Source: Calditrichia bacterium
GTDB taxonomy: Bacteria > Calditrichota > Calditrichia > JAJRVZ01
Direction: 5' to 3'
Length of the DNA stretch: 64,000 nucleotides
Assembly: GCA_963796965.1 (NCBI GenBank)
Contig: CAWCNS010000008.1
Location: 288,001 to 352,000 of the forward strand
Shown here: positions 22,055 through 32,864 of the stretch, one piece after another
How positions within the stretch are numbered: the stretch's first letter is position 1
How the letters are laid out: each line of letters starts with the position of its first letter
The notes under the pieces: generated by a model
Told to the model about the DNA's origin: nothing
What the model saw: the letters and a program-made list of their open reading frames with translations, nothing else
Databases searched by the model: none
Position numbers and translations under genes: made by a program

Positions 22055-24877
22055 CTATTTTGAGATCTTTCCATTTACAAAGATAACATCTGAGATTAGG
22101 TTGCCTTCGTAATTCCAGCAGCGGGCCGGCCCTTCGCAAACCATATCTACTCGCCAGCTCGATTCAGATTTTTTATTTCCATTAGGCCACCATTGTGTCC
22201 ATTTTGATCGCCCGTCTTTTTCATGTATCCATTCCCACACCAAATTTCCCTGTGAATCCCAATAGGTTTCACTACCAATCTTTACGCCAAGTCTATTGGA
22301 AGATTCATATTGTCTCTGTCCCGATTGATAATACCAGGTCTCAAGACCATCTTTCAAAAAGCGTCCATCATTTGCTATGCCAGCGCTATATTCAATGCGT
22401 TTTTCACCCGTTGCATAATTTTCACGATAATTCTTTTTATTTAAAATGGTGGTTGCGGATGGTTGCATTATTTTTTTCTCAGGAATTGAATCCTCCTCAT
22501 CAGCCAGGATCCATGCTTCGTTCATTGCAAAATGTAAACAAGGTTGGTTCATGGTCGTAATCAGATGAATAATGCCATTTGGTGCTTGTCTGGCAACTGA
22601 ATAACCAATCGTTTCACCCCAGGGTGTATCCTTTTCATGTGCTAAGGTGCCAACCAGTTTTTTTATATGCCAGGATCTACCTTCGTCTTCAGAGAGAGCC
22701 ACAAGAGCCCCCTTCTCCTCGATCCCCTTTGGCTGGTCTCCGCCTCTTTTTTGAAAATCTGTGGCAAAAAACAATCGTCCGCTTTTTAGACGAATAATGG
22801 TAGGTCGTTGGTTGGAGGCCAAAGCAGGAAAGACAGTTTTTGATACCTTCCAGGATTTTCCGCCATCACGCGATATAGCCTGGGGCATAAAACCATCAAT
22901 ATTTGTATTTTTTCCTCCCATACCCAGAATATCACCATTTTTTAATAAAACATACGTGGTATGACGACCAGCGCTTCTACTTTGTGGATCCTTCCAGGTT
23001 TCACCATCATCTGAACTCTGCCACAGAACAGAACTACCCCCTTCACCATCGCTGGCAAGGTAAATATTTCCTGCTCTATCCCGAAAAGTAGTATTGATCG
23101 GTTGCCTCGAATGTGGGCCGACAAATCCCAAGAAATTTGGAAAATGAACATCGGAGAAACTGGATCCATTATCTTCGGAAGTAATCCACTGAAAAGGAAA
23201 AGCACTGTTCATGCGTGGATTACCCCAAAAAAGATAAAGTTTATTATTATCATTCCATAAAAGAGGTGCATGATCATTTATATCCGGGAGATCCACATAG
23301 GGTGAAGGCATATCCCAATGATCAGCTCCAAATCGAAGGCGGGACGCAATAAACGACACGCCCGGTTCATACTCATGATACGAAGTATAAATGACCAACA
23401 ATACATCCCCATTTGAGCATACCTCCATTGCAGGGCTATGGTTATGTCCTCTAAAGGAAGGATGAAAACCGGCAGCGTCTATGGTCTCTCTGGATTGATT
23501 TTCAAGAGGAGTTGGCAAAAGAATTCGTTTTCTATAATAGGGTTTTTTAGGATTGGGCCCTCTTTTGACATTTTGAACACTCTGTTTTACACCAGCCTTA
23601 GCGAAAGGGATATTAACCATTGTGGGTTCTGTTGATGGCATGGAACCTTGAACAACACGGAATCCTATAGGATAATCAATAGACTGTCCAGGGGCCGCAA
23701 CCCTTAGTTCCTTCAGAATCATATTTTCCTGATCACTGTGATAGGATAAAGCCTCTGTGGGTATAATCTCTTTATCCTGTGTCCCCCATTGCCAGTAAAG
23801 GCGCAGGTACGACTGACCACCATCCTTATAATAAGATACATCAATGGGATAATTTTCACCTTTGGTCATCAGGATTTCACCAGATCTACCTTCACCTTCC
23901 CCCCAACCCTCTATTACGGTTTGATCGTTGATTTTTAGAATAATACCATTATCGGCTTCAGCAATGAATATGATATTACCGGAAGCAGGTGCTTTAATAT
24001 AGCCCACCCAACGCGCTGACCAATCGTTCTGTGTATTCCAGCTAAGTTTATCCGAGTTGATAATATCAATGGGCCATTTTTTACCCTGGCGTCTTAATGC
24101 TGAATCACTAAAGTGAAGACCGATTAATCCGGAATGTGTTTTATTCAGCGAAGTTTGATTACTATCTTCCTCTGGTGTTATCGAAAAATGAGAAAAAGCG
24201 GGCGCCATACCGCTCCGATTTGCCGAGCGCTGATAATAATTAACGGGATGATCGTATTCCCTGGCTGTGTTATCGGGCAATCCTCCCCGAACAACGCGAA
24301 CAAGACCTGAGGATCTCCCCACCGGACCTGTACTATCTCCGTATAAGTAGTCACCATACCAGTCCTGACACCACTCTAAGGGACCGTGGTGCATGTTTTT
24401 AATACCCCAATCATTCTCAACATAGTCCTCGGGAAGATCCTCTCCGCAGGAAAAGGAAGTAGAAGTTCCTGCGCGGCAAACATATTCCCACTCTGCCTCT
24501 GTAGGAAGCCTGTAATCCTTACCCTCTTTCTCACTGAGCCATTGACAAAAAGCATTTGCCTCATTCCAACTTATTCCTGTAGCATAAGGAGCGTATATGT
24601 CCGAGCCCATATATTCTGGTTTAAATTTCTGAAATTGTTCTATGAAAATTTCTGTCTGTGAAATGTAAAATGGCTGGCTAAGACTTACCTGATGAACCGG
24701 TTGTTCATCCCAGTCACCTACTCCTTGCTGATCACCCATAAGAAATGACCCGGGATTGATTCGAATCATCTTCATACCAATACTATTGATATGGCTCTGT
24801 CTCGGTTGTTTTTCCTGACAGGATAACAGGATAGACAGGATTAAAAGAAAAAGAGCATAGATTATAAATTTTTTCAT
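22055..24877 (-). CDS. Lipoprotein fusion: FGE/SUMF1-like + PA14 + BNR sialidase-like propeller + MORN-like repeats
   Basis: Lipobox LLSC; RLPTEAEWEY; PA14 motifs; Asp-boxes SEDNG, SDDGETW, SRDGGKSW, SEDEGRSW; WYYQSGQ and WWPNG repeats. Confidence 0.8.
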   Translation of the reverse strand: MKKFIIYALFLLILSILLSCQEKQPRQSHINSIGMKMIRINPGSFLMGDQQGVGDWDEQPVHQVSLSQPFYISQTEIFIEQFQKFKPEYMGSDIYAPYATGISWNEANAFCQWLSEKEGKDYRLPTEAEWEYVCRAGTSTSFSCGEDLPEDYVENDWGIKNMHHGPLEWCQDWYGDYLYGDSTGPVGRSSGLVRVVRGGLPDNTAREYDHPVNYYQRSANRSGMAPAFSHFSITPEEDSNQTSLNKTHSGLIGLHFSDSALRRQGKKWPIDIINSDKLSWNTQNDWSARWVGYIKAPASGNIIFIAEADNGIILKINDQTVIEGWGEGEGRSGEILMTKGENYPIDVSYYKDGGQSYLRLYWQWGTQDKEIIPTEALSYHSDQENMILKELRVAAPGQSIDYPIGFRVVQGSMPSTEPTMVNIPFAKAGVKQSVQNVKRGPNPKKPYYRKRILLPTPLENQSRETIDAAGFHPSFRGHNHSPAMEVCSNGDVLLVIYTSYHEYEPGVSFIASRLRFGADHWDMPSPYVDLPDINDHAPLLWNDNNKLYLFWGNPRMNSAFPFQWITSEDNGSSFSDVHFPNFLGFVGPHSRQPINTTFRDRAGNIYLASDGEGGSSVLWQSSDDGETWKDPQSRSAGRHTTYVLLKNGDILGMGGKNTNIDGFMPQAISRDGGKSWKVSKTVFPALASNQRPTIIRLKSGRLFFATDFQKRGGDQPKGIEEKGALVALSEDEGRSWHIKKLVGTLAHEKDTPWGETIGYSVARQAPNGIIHLITTMNQPCLHFAMNEAWILADEEDSIPEKKIMQPSATTILNKKNYRENYATGEKRIEYSAGIANDGRFLKDGLETWYYQSGQRQYESSNRLGVKIGSETYWDSQGNLVWEWIHEKDGRSKWTQWWPNGNKKSESSWRVDMVCEGPARCWNYEGNLISDVIFVNGKISK

Positions 24878-24979
24878 AACAGCAATCCAATTCTCAAGGA
24901 AATTTTATATCTACTTATCTATCTGATAAAAATGGTCAATTTTCAATTTTCAATCTTCAATCAAAAATTTATATGAGAA

Positions 24980-25858
24980 CTACTCTCCAATGGACTCATC
25001 ACCAGATTTCCAACGTTCAATACGGGCAGGAGCAATTCGGTTATACATTTCATTAAAATTAGCATCTTCTGTTTCAGTAACCAGAGAATTAAGACATAGA
25101 TAGGTCAATTCTTCAACAGCAGATTCAGTCGTGTGGGGTGTATTTCTCGGCACAAAAATAAGATTGCCCGGTTTAACCACCTCAGTTTCATCATCAATTG
25201 TAACAGTACCAGTGCCCGCCAGGACGAAAAAGGTTTGCTCTTTCTCTTTATGAGCAACCGTGGCTCCTTTGCTCCCGGCAGGCCAGCGAACGACAACAAA
25301 TTCACATTTCGCTGTCTCGGTGCGGTCCAGAAGCAGAAGGGTTTCATTCGAACCAAAATCATATAATTTTGCTTGGTTAACATCCTGAATAAACTTTCCA
25401 GGTTGGTTGGCCGATGCTGTCTGCTCTGCGCCAACCACTGCAGACTCACCAGACTCTGCCTGCTTTTTTCTTATTTGTTTAACCTTTTCAATATGCTCGG
25501 CAAATGAAGCATGGCCTTCCTTATCATCTGTAACAAATACATTGAACAACATATAGCAGAGTGGTTCTTCACTGGTCACGATCGTTTGATGAACTACCCC
25601 TACAGGTATATGTGCCAGATTTCCTTCCTCAACCTTAAAAGACTTCTTACCAATATTTACAATACCTTTCCCGGAAGTAAAATAAAAGATCTGTTCTTTC
25701 TCATCATGCTTATGGGGTGGACCATCAAGATTTGGGGGCCAGATATTTAAAGCAACCTCTGTTTTTTCAGTTTCACTCCGGTCCAAAAGTACTATTATCT
25801 CATTTAATCCAGCAACATCTAATTTTTCACCTTCTTTAAAATATCTGTTAATCATCAA
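24980..25858 (-). CDS. Bicupin protein
   Basis: Two internal repeats, LLDRSETE..HKHDEKEQ..IPVGVVH and LLDRTETA..AHKEKEQ..VPRNTPH. Confidence 0.85.
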   Translation of the reverse strand: MMINRYFKEGEKLDVAGLNEIIVLLDRSETEKTEVALNIWPPNLDGPPHKHDEKEQIFYFTSGKGIVNIGKKSFKVEEGNLAHIPVGVVHQTIVTSEEPLCYMLFNVFVTDDKEGHASFAEHIEKVKQIRKKQAESGESAVVGAEQTASANQPGKFIQDVNQAKLYDFGSNETLLLLDRTETAKCEFVVVRWPAGSKGATVAHKEKEQTFFVLAGTGTVTIDDETEVVKPGNLIFVPRNTPHTTESAVEELTYLCLNSLVTETEDANFNEMYNRIAPARIERWKSGDESIGE

Positions 25859-25897
25859 TTGACTCCTTTAAATCATTTCATCTTTCTTGTCGCTAGC

Positions 25898-26080
25898 TCT
25901 TATCTCTCGCAGCGACGCTAAGACGTAAAAGGATTTTATCCACTAATTACACGAATTTAGACGAATTTCACTAATTCTATTTTCTAATATTAAAAAAAAT
26001 ATTTTAATTCGTGAAATCCGTTCATATTAGTGTAATTCGTGGATGGATTTTTCTTTGCATTATCGCACCTCTGCGAGAGA
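25898..26080. repeat. Composite nested fold-back element, copy 2 (inverted relative to copy 1)
   Basis: Reverse complement of 21847-22029 over about 180 bp, including the AT-rich spacer GAATTTAGACGAATTTCACTAATTCTATTTTCTAATATT. Confidence 0.85.
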
Positions 26081-26103
26081 ATACTATTTCATACTAAGCC
26101 ACA

Positions 26104-28078
26104 TTATCGCGTTTTTGTTGAGACGTCATCAATCCAATAAACACAGGCCGGGGCTTTAATATCTGCACCTGGACGATCTTCACTCTCTAATCCTGCTGGC
26201 TTGGGCATGGCATCATCCACATGCTCGGGAGGAACATACCCGCGATAGGGACCGGTACGAAAAACTATCCTCTCAAGCGATTCGACTTTTTCTGCAAAAG
26301 GGATATCTTTAATCTTATTATAACCGTCTAAAACAAGGGCATATTTTTGGGAATTGCAATCCATCATAAGTTCTACACGGTGCCATTTTTCCAGGTCGAT
26401 CGGCAATGGATTCATATACACTTTTTTCCGATCGATGCTTATCCAATTTTGATCAATTCGAACCCGCATAGGCCGCGTGCCCTGCTGATTCTGAACTTCA
26501 ATCTCAAGTGCATGCCCTTGTGCGATTTCTTGTGAATTGAGGCGGAAACTAATGTCTATCGAAGTGCTTTTCGGAAAGATCCTTTCTACTTGTGCATAAT
26601 CATATGGATCTTCGTCCTTAAGTTCCAGGCATTTATTTTTCCTATCTTTTTCAGAGACAACAGATGTTGATGCCCAAATTGGCTGATAGAGATTCCATAA
26701 GTCAAGATCCCCTATATTCTCAATATCTTCAAAATTTTGATTAATATGAGAATCTGAAGAAGCCATAATAGGAATCTTTGTTCGGGCAATCCAGATATCC
26801 TCTTTATTCACACTGTAACTAATCCACATATTCCCATCGGGTGCCGCACCATTACCTTCAATTATTCCCCTAAAATATTGTGGTCCTGTGTTTTTATGCA
26901 ATCCCTGGTACCGCTTTGGTGGTACCTCACCGCGAAGGCAATACATAGCATTAAAAATATGTCCATCATCACCGGTCAAAACTGCCATAGGATATCGATT
27001 TCTTCTGGTGGGTGATTGATTGTGAACGATCGCATAACGGTTATCGGAGGTTCTTTGCCCCCAGGTCTTTGCTCCGGTTGTCCACAAAGATTTATTCTGG
27101 GTAATTTTATCCCAGGATTCACCTTCATCGTAACTAATCGCCGTCCACTGATTTTTCCAAATACCTACCACAGAACCGTCCGGGCGATGATAAAAATTAA
27201 AAGCTTTACCTGCACCTTTTGATGTCGTTATATTCGCAGAAAAATAGGCCGCATTTTCAACGTCACCAGGATTAATCACATAGAATCCGTCTTCAGCCCG
27301 GTCTTCTTCCCACCATTGCAAGGTAATTAACTTGTCTGCTAATAAAGCCTCACAGGCAGCTAGAAAATCCGTCATCCTTACTGGTTTTGTAGAAAGGATA
27401 GTTCGTATTTTCTTCATTAAAACCCGCGTGACGGTTATAGCGAATAAAATATATTGGGCCAAAACTTCCATCTTCTTTAATTTCCCGAACGACACGTCCT
27501 AACCCATTCCCTGCGTTGGGTGAATGTCTGGGTGTGGGACAGTAACTATAAAATGCTAATGTCAATAATTTGCCATTAGGGGCAACATAAAAACCCATTC
27601 GCTGATGCATGACTGCCTTTGTACCAGCAGGTATAATATGGTGATCGTGTTTAATCTCTGGTAAATCATAAGGAGGAAACACCACCTTTGGCCTGGACCA
27701 GTCCCGACCATTTTCAGAGGTAAGCAACAACGTTCTTCCCGGTGGTGTGTGTTCCTGGAGAAGATCACTCAGGTACTGGATATAAAATTTTCCCTTCCAG
27801 TGGGCTAAAAAGGGTTGATGGTTGTATGTCCACCCCACTTTGCCCCCTTCAGAAGGATGATTTCGATTTGCCCTAAAAGCCTGAAAATGGTGAACCCCTG
27901 CCGCATGAGGAAGTTTCCCATCATAATGGGCCTTGTCCGGCTGAACATCACCAACATATTTAACTGTCTCTTCAGATACCTCGGCCTTTTCCCCTTGATC
28001 AGTACATCCAAAAAGTATGACTAAAACTATTGAAATCAAGAACGACATCTGCTTCAAGAATTGTTTAATGTGGATCAT
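26104..28078 (-). CDS. GH143-like Dha (2-keto-3-deoxy-heptulosarate) hydrolase lipoprotein (frameshift near 27365)
   Basis: GWTYNHQP, MHQRMGFYV, GRVVREIK.DGSFGPIYF, GPQYFRGI.EGNG and SYSVNKEDIW match my recollection of the BT1020 GH143 module; lipobox LFGC. Confidence 0.8.
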
Positions 28079-28100
28079 ATTTCCCTCAATTTATTTTTTT

Positions 28101-29459
28101 CTAAAAGGATAAGTAATTACAGGGCCGTATGGTTCTGTGGTAAAAGAGATTAATATTTCCCGGGACAGCAAATACATCATTTTCGGATAATGGCATGACA
28201 TTTTCTACATGTGAGACGATATTTTCATTCGCATCTTCTGTGGCAGTAATAACCGTACGAATATCTATCCGGGCAGATTCGCTTGAGGATTCCGGAAATA
28301 CCTGAATCCATTTTATCTGGTTAAATGAGCCACTCCGTAATGTCCAGGGCTTATCGTCATCATTTGCCCGCGGACCAGCTCCCCAGCTTCCTTCACCAAT
28401 GAACATCGTACCCCTTTCATCATCACGTATAAATCCCTGATGGCTACCCTCCTCGTTACTGGGGCGCACAGGAAAAGTGATTTTAGACATATGTGAATCA
28501 CCATCCATGGAAATATTCAGACCATATTGATAGAATAAATGTGCCCATTGATCGAGTTGATAATCTTGTTCTCCTTTGCCCGACGTATGCGGTCGGAATG
28601 GTTTATGATATCCGGCTATCTTAAATGTAAAATTTTTATTCTTTTTAAGATTATTTTCCAGCCAATCCCGTTGATCACCACCTTCCTCAATCTCAGAATT
28701 TAATGCAATAAAATGGAAAAAGTCTCCCCCAAAAGAAGTTGAATAATAGACATTTTCTTCGTTTCCATTCTGAACAGGGACATCAAACAGTTTATTCAAC
28801 ACTGATTTATCACCATTTTCATGATTGCCATGGACAGGGATAATTGGATACATACGGCCATCTGCAGATGTCGTTAATGTCGCCCAATCATTAAACCAGA
28901 GTTTCCAGCGATCATCATCCGTACCATTCCCACTACAAAAATCACCATTAAAAATAACAAATAAAGGTCGCAGATTTGCCACCATTTTATTTGAGAACCT
29001 GCCGGCCTCAAGGGCTGTGCCGCCACTCTTTGTGTCACCTCCGGTGATGAAGGTAAAGGCTTTGGGTTTATCGGGCGCTGTCTTGAACCAGAAACGTGGG
29101 CTGGTTGAGTCACTATCTTTAATGACAAAATAATAAACCTGATCTGGTTTTAAATTGGTAAGCCTGGCAAAATGTGTATTCATCCCCCTGTAACCTAATG
29201 TTTTACGGGTTGGCTCCTGATTATTTGGATAATCCTCTGCATTTTGGGCCAAATCCTCTGTCCCATAATAAACTGCAGGTTCAGATCCCTTTAACTGATC
29301 CCAGGCAATAGTGATCTCCGTTGTCGGATCTCCATGCCAGACAAGACGGAATTTATTTGTACTTACATCATTAGGTTCACTAACAGGACCACTATCATCA
29401 GAGCCACAACTGAAGAATAGCAGACTTAATACTATAAACATGAATAAAACTAAGCGCAT
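28101..29459 (-). CDS. Purple acid phosphatase-like (FN3 + metallophosphoesterase) lipoprotein
   Basis: Lipobox FFSC; LTNLKPDQVYYF, GGD, NGD, GNHE, YH, GDSH. Confidence 0.8.
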   Translation of the reverse strand: MRLVLFMFIVLSLLFFSCGSDDSGPVSEPNDVSTNKFRLVWHGDPTTEITIAWDQLKGSEPAVYYGTEDLAQNAEDYPNNQEPTRKTLGYRGMNTHFARLTNLKPDQVYYFVIKDSDSTSPRFWFKTAPDKPKAFTFITGGDTKSGGTALEAGRFSNKMVANLRPLFVIFNGDFCSGNGTDDDRWKLWFNDWATLTTSADGRMYPIIPVHGNHENGDKSVLNKLFDVPVQNGNEENVYYSTSFGGDFFHFIALNSEIEEGGDQRDWLENNLKKNKNFTFKIAGYHKPFRPHTSGKGEQDYQLDQWAHLFYQYGLNISMDGDSHMSKITFPVRPSNEEGSHQGFIRDDERGTMFIGEGSWGAGPRANDDDKPWTLRSGSFNQIKWIQVFPESSSESARIDIRTVITATEDANENIVSHVENVMPLSENDVFAVPGNINLFYHRTIRPCNYLSF

Positions 29460-29618
29460 AATTGCTCCCTTATTGATTAATTGGATTTTTATAATTCTAA
29501 TATACAATTTCTCTATTGATACTCAATCTTCCCTAATTCATCCTTTCCCGCTTGTACAGGACTCAGGAGAACCAATAGCAAAGGAATATAGTTCACAAAG
29601 CCTATAAAAGTAGGGCAA

Positions 29619-31529
29619 TTACCACACTACTTCCCTTACCGCATGGACTGGTCTTGGATTCTCCTCATTAAATATTTTCATTACCTCCATTTTTTCGATC
29701 TTTATATCGTTTTCATCTATCTCGCCATCCGCGCTTTTGACCATTTCCAAATTTAAATTAAGATGCTTTGCTAGGAATTTATAAGCAGGTACTCTTTTGG
29801 TATAACCATAATCATGTCCTTCATCAGGTATATGGAAAAATTCCACATTGTCCTTAACGCCATAGAGTTTATAGACCTGCTGAATAAAAGGGAATTCGAC
29901 TTTCGGTGTATTTTTCGTCCAATCATCACCATCGGAAATAAGCAACATGGGCCTGGGGGCCGTCAAGGCAGATATTTCTGCATTATTAGTAACATGGGTA
30001 TCACGATGATGGATGGGCATGCCGCTCTCACAGGTACAACCTCCGAAGAAGTGCGCGGAGACCATCACAGCCGGAACCGAGACTTTTATCCTCTCTTCTA
30101 TTGCTGTTAATAAAAAGGTTTGTGTCCCTCCTCCTGATGCGCCGGTGATACCCACCCGGGACTTATCAATAATATTCAGGGATTCCAAAAAATCTAAAAC
30201 ACGTATGCTGTTCCAGGTCTGAAGTGCCACGGCTTTTTTATATTGACTATGTGATTCATGATAGGAAAAGTTTTCAAATTGTGTAGATTCACCCCAACCG
30301 ATCATGTCATAAGCAAAAACAACCGCCCCCATTTTTGCCAGGGTAGCACAGCGATATTGCATATCGGGTCGAAACCGTCCCCCACCATTTGGTTCAGGGA
30401 AATGACCGTGCGGACTAAGAATTCCTGCATACGGTCCCTCCATCTTTGCCGGGCGATACAAATTACCTGTTACAAAAAATCCCGGTAGGCTTTCAAATGC
30501 GACATTTTCAACCGTATAGCCATCATAAACCCTTTTTTGGCTGACGATAGGTTTTAAATCACATCTATTGGGATAAGGCCATAATTCCGCACCCCGAAGA
30601 ATGCCCTCACGTATCATCTCTGCCCGTGAATTCCAGGCATTTAGATCAGTATACATCTTTGATAGCTGCTCGAGTTCAATAACCGCCTCATCCTCGGTCA
30701 AAAATTTCCCCTGGCGTAAAGATACATCCCCTGCTATAAGTTGAGATTTAATCACTTTTTTATCCTTCTTTTTTATCATATATAAATCTCCGGGATTTGT
30801 ACGATCCCAGGCAATACCTTGACCAGCATTGGTTGCAGGAACAGTCTCCACGAATTCCAAGGCAGATCCCTTTAAAGGAATTTGGAGAGAATAAAGTTCT
30901 GGCTCATCATGCCCCGTACAATAAAGTCGTCCATCCGGTCCCCATGACCCACCGGAATTACTCATTCTTCCAAATCGTTGAACAACTTCATCCGGAAATA
31001 CCCAGGATTCCAGTTCTTGCCAATTATCATCAAATTTTACGAGAGTTGTCCAGTCTGACCCCTTACCCGTCTTATCTTTTAACTTGTTATAATGGGCAAA
31101 TGCGCCCCACCAATAGCCATTGTAGCGGTCTACCCAGGTACAGGAACCCCAATTAATTCCAAAACTGTGCGTACCAATATGCCTTAAAGAATTTGCATCC
31201 CAAATCTCGACTGAACTGGTCATAGGAACTTGTGAATAATTGGAATGTGCGCAGTAAAGACGATCCTCAAAGATAACACCACTGTCCAGATGAATAATGG
31301 ATTTTTTGCCTTTTTCAGACCAGGAAATGATCAGTTCGCCACTCTCCTTATCATATTTTCCAATATTATCCGTACCAATGGCATAAAAATATTTTTCATC
31401 TACAGCGATCCCCTGCCGGGCCTCCTCTGCCGGAAATACATTTTTTTCTACCAGACTACGATGTTGAGCAAATCCTAAAATAACTGATATAAATATTTGG
31501 ATAACCACAATGTGAATTAAATTTTTCAT
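29619..31529 (-). CDS. Secreted two-domain protein: unknown beta-propeller plus alpha/beta-hydrolase (acetylxylan esterase-like)
   Basis: ENVAFESLPG, PHGH, YDMIGWGES, TGASGGGTQT, GCTCE, GDDWT, EGHDY; N-domain with SGGSWGPDG. Confidence 0.75.
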   Translation of the reverse strand: MKNLIHIVVIQIFISVILGFAQHRSLVEKNVFPAEEARQGIAVDEKYFYAIGTDNIGKYDKESGELIISWSEKGKKSIIHLDSGVIFEDRLYCAHSNYSQVPMTSSVEIWDANSLRHIGTHSFGINWGSCTWVDRYNGYWWGAFAHYNKLKDKTGKGSDWTTLVKFDDNWQELESWVFPDEVVQRFGRMSNSGGSWGPDGRLYCTGHDEPELYSLQIPLKGSALEFVETVPATNAGQGIAWDRTNPGDLYMIKKKDKKVIKSQLIAGDVSLRQGKFLTEDEAVIELEQLSKMYTDLNAWNSRAEMIREGILRGAELWPYPNRCDLKPIVSQKRVYDGYTVENVAFESLPGFFVTGNLYRPAKMEGPYAGILSPHGHFPEPNGGGRFRPDMQYRCATLAKMGAVVFAYDMIGWGESTQFENFSYHESHSQYKKAVALQTWNSIRVLDFLESLNIIDKSRVGITGASGGGTQTFLLTAIEERIKVSVPAVMVSAHFFGGCTCESGMPIHHRDTHVTNNAEISALTAPRPMLLISDGDDWTKNTPKVEFPFIQQVYKLYGVKDNVEFFHIPDEGHDYGYTKRVPAYKFLAKHLNLNLEMVKSADGEIDENDIKIEKMEVMKIFNEENPRPVHAVREVVW

Positions 31530-31587
31530 CTAAATTTCCTTGGTTAGATATATTTATAATTAGTATCCTATGGTCCCAACACATCTT

Positions 31588-31724
31588 AATTTTAAACATG
31601 ATAACAGGATTTACAGGATTCAAGTAATCGACAACTCAAATATTTATGGTGACTTGGAATTAATTACTGCTTATTTTAAGAATTTTTATTATATCCTATT
31701 GATCCTGTCAATCCTGTCAAAATT
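31588..31724. repeat. Fold-back element with ACAGGAT(TT) periodic arms
   Basis: ACATGATAACAGGATTTACAGGATT ... ATCCTATTGATCCTGTCAATCCTGTC. Confidence 0.75.
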
Positions 31725-31753
31725 TTCTTCTTTTGGTATCGTATGATACTATT

Positions 31754-32852
31754 TCAAGTTAGCTGTTTTCTCAATTCTTCAACTGTCTTAAAAATGGTCG
31801 TAATATTTTCATCAGGTACCTTATCATCCATATTTATACAACATACACCAGTCAGGTTTGGATCCGCGGAGTCCTGAACAAGATTGGTGATTGTTTCTTC
31901 TATCTCCGATGGACTCTGATCGATGATTGATACCGGGCTCAACCGAATATTTAAGAAGGTATCTGGTAAATGCTTTCGCAGAATCTTCACATCGCCCCCC
32001 CAACCCACATCCAGAAAATCCAGATAAGGAAGTTTTGCAAAACTTTCAGCATAACGATGGGGATCATCTCCGCAATAATGAATACCAAATGGACGCTGAC
32101 TTTTACTCCAGGCCAAATCCAGAGGGAATAAGAATTGTTCATAATGTTCTACAGAGATCATCGTATGGGAACATTCGGAATGCAAAAACACCGGTTTATC
32201 AAAATGCCGGATATTTCTATTTACTGAGATTGAGCTACTTCCTGTTTCCGGCTGAATTCCCTGAATAAATTTAAAAATCACATCCCGAATATCGCGGAAG
32301 TACTGTTCAAGCTCCATGGGTTTCTCAAGAAAGTCCATAAGCAGGCCTTGGCCTCTCAAATCCAGAGCAATATTAAGGACACCACCCCAATTTACATCGC
32401 CGGTAAGATATCCAAATTTCTCTTTTAAGCTTTTCTGTAAGATTAACAAAAGATTTGAAGACTTCTGACTCAAAGGGTTTTTCATCAAGAAATGTCAGTT
32501 CGTCATTAAAAGCAGGAATAACTTGTGGTGGCTCATCTTCCCTATAGTCTACTTTACAGCCGAGCATTTCTGAAAGTATGTAACCGGCGGCTAAGTGCAC
32601 GGCACCTATTTCCGGTTTGGCCTTATCTTTATCACCCCCCAGGCCATAGTTTCCCCATTTATCATAGAGAATTTGCTCCATTTTTTGTTCAGCTTCAACA
32701 CGGCGAAGGGGATGGAAGAAAAAATCCCGATCAAACGTAATTCCCGCGTGCTTAAACCACCAGGAAGGGGATAGGACAATATCAACAGGAATAAAATTTT
32801 CCGGAAGTAGTCGCTTGATTGTATTCATTTTTTTCAGACCCATAATTTCCAA
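31754..32852 (-). CDS. UroD/MtaA-like protein, second paralog (frameshift near 32425)
   Basis: WGGVLNIALDLRG, ECSHTMIS, GIHYC (HxC), GVCC. Confidence 0.7.
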
Positions 32853-32864
32853 TTAAATAAAGTG

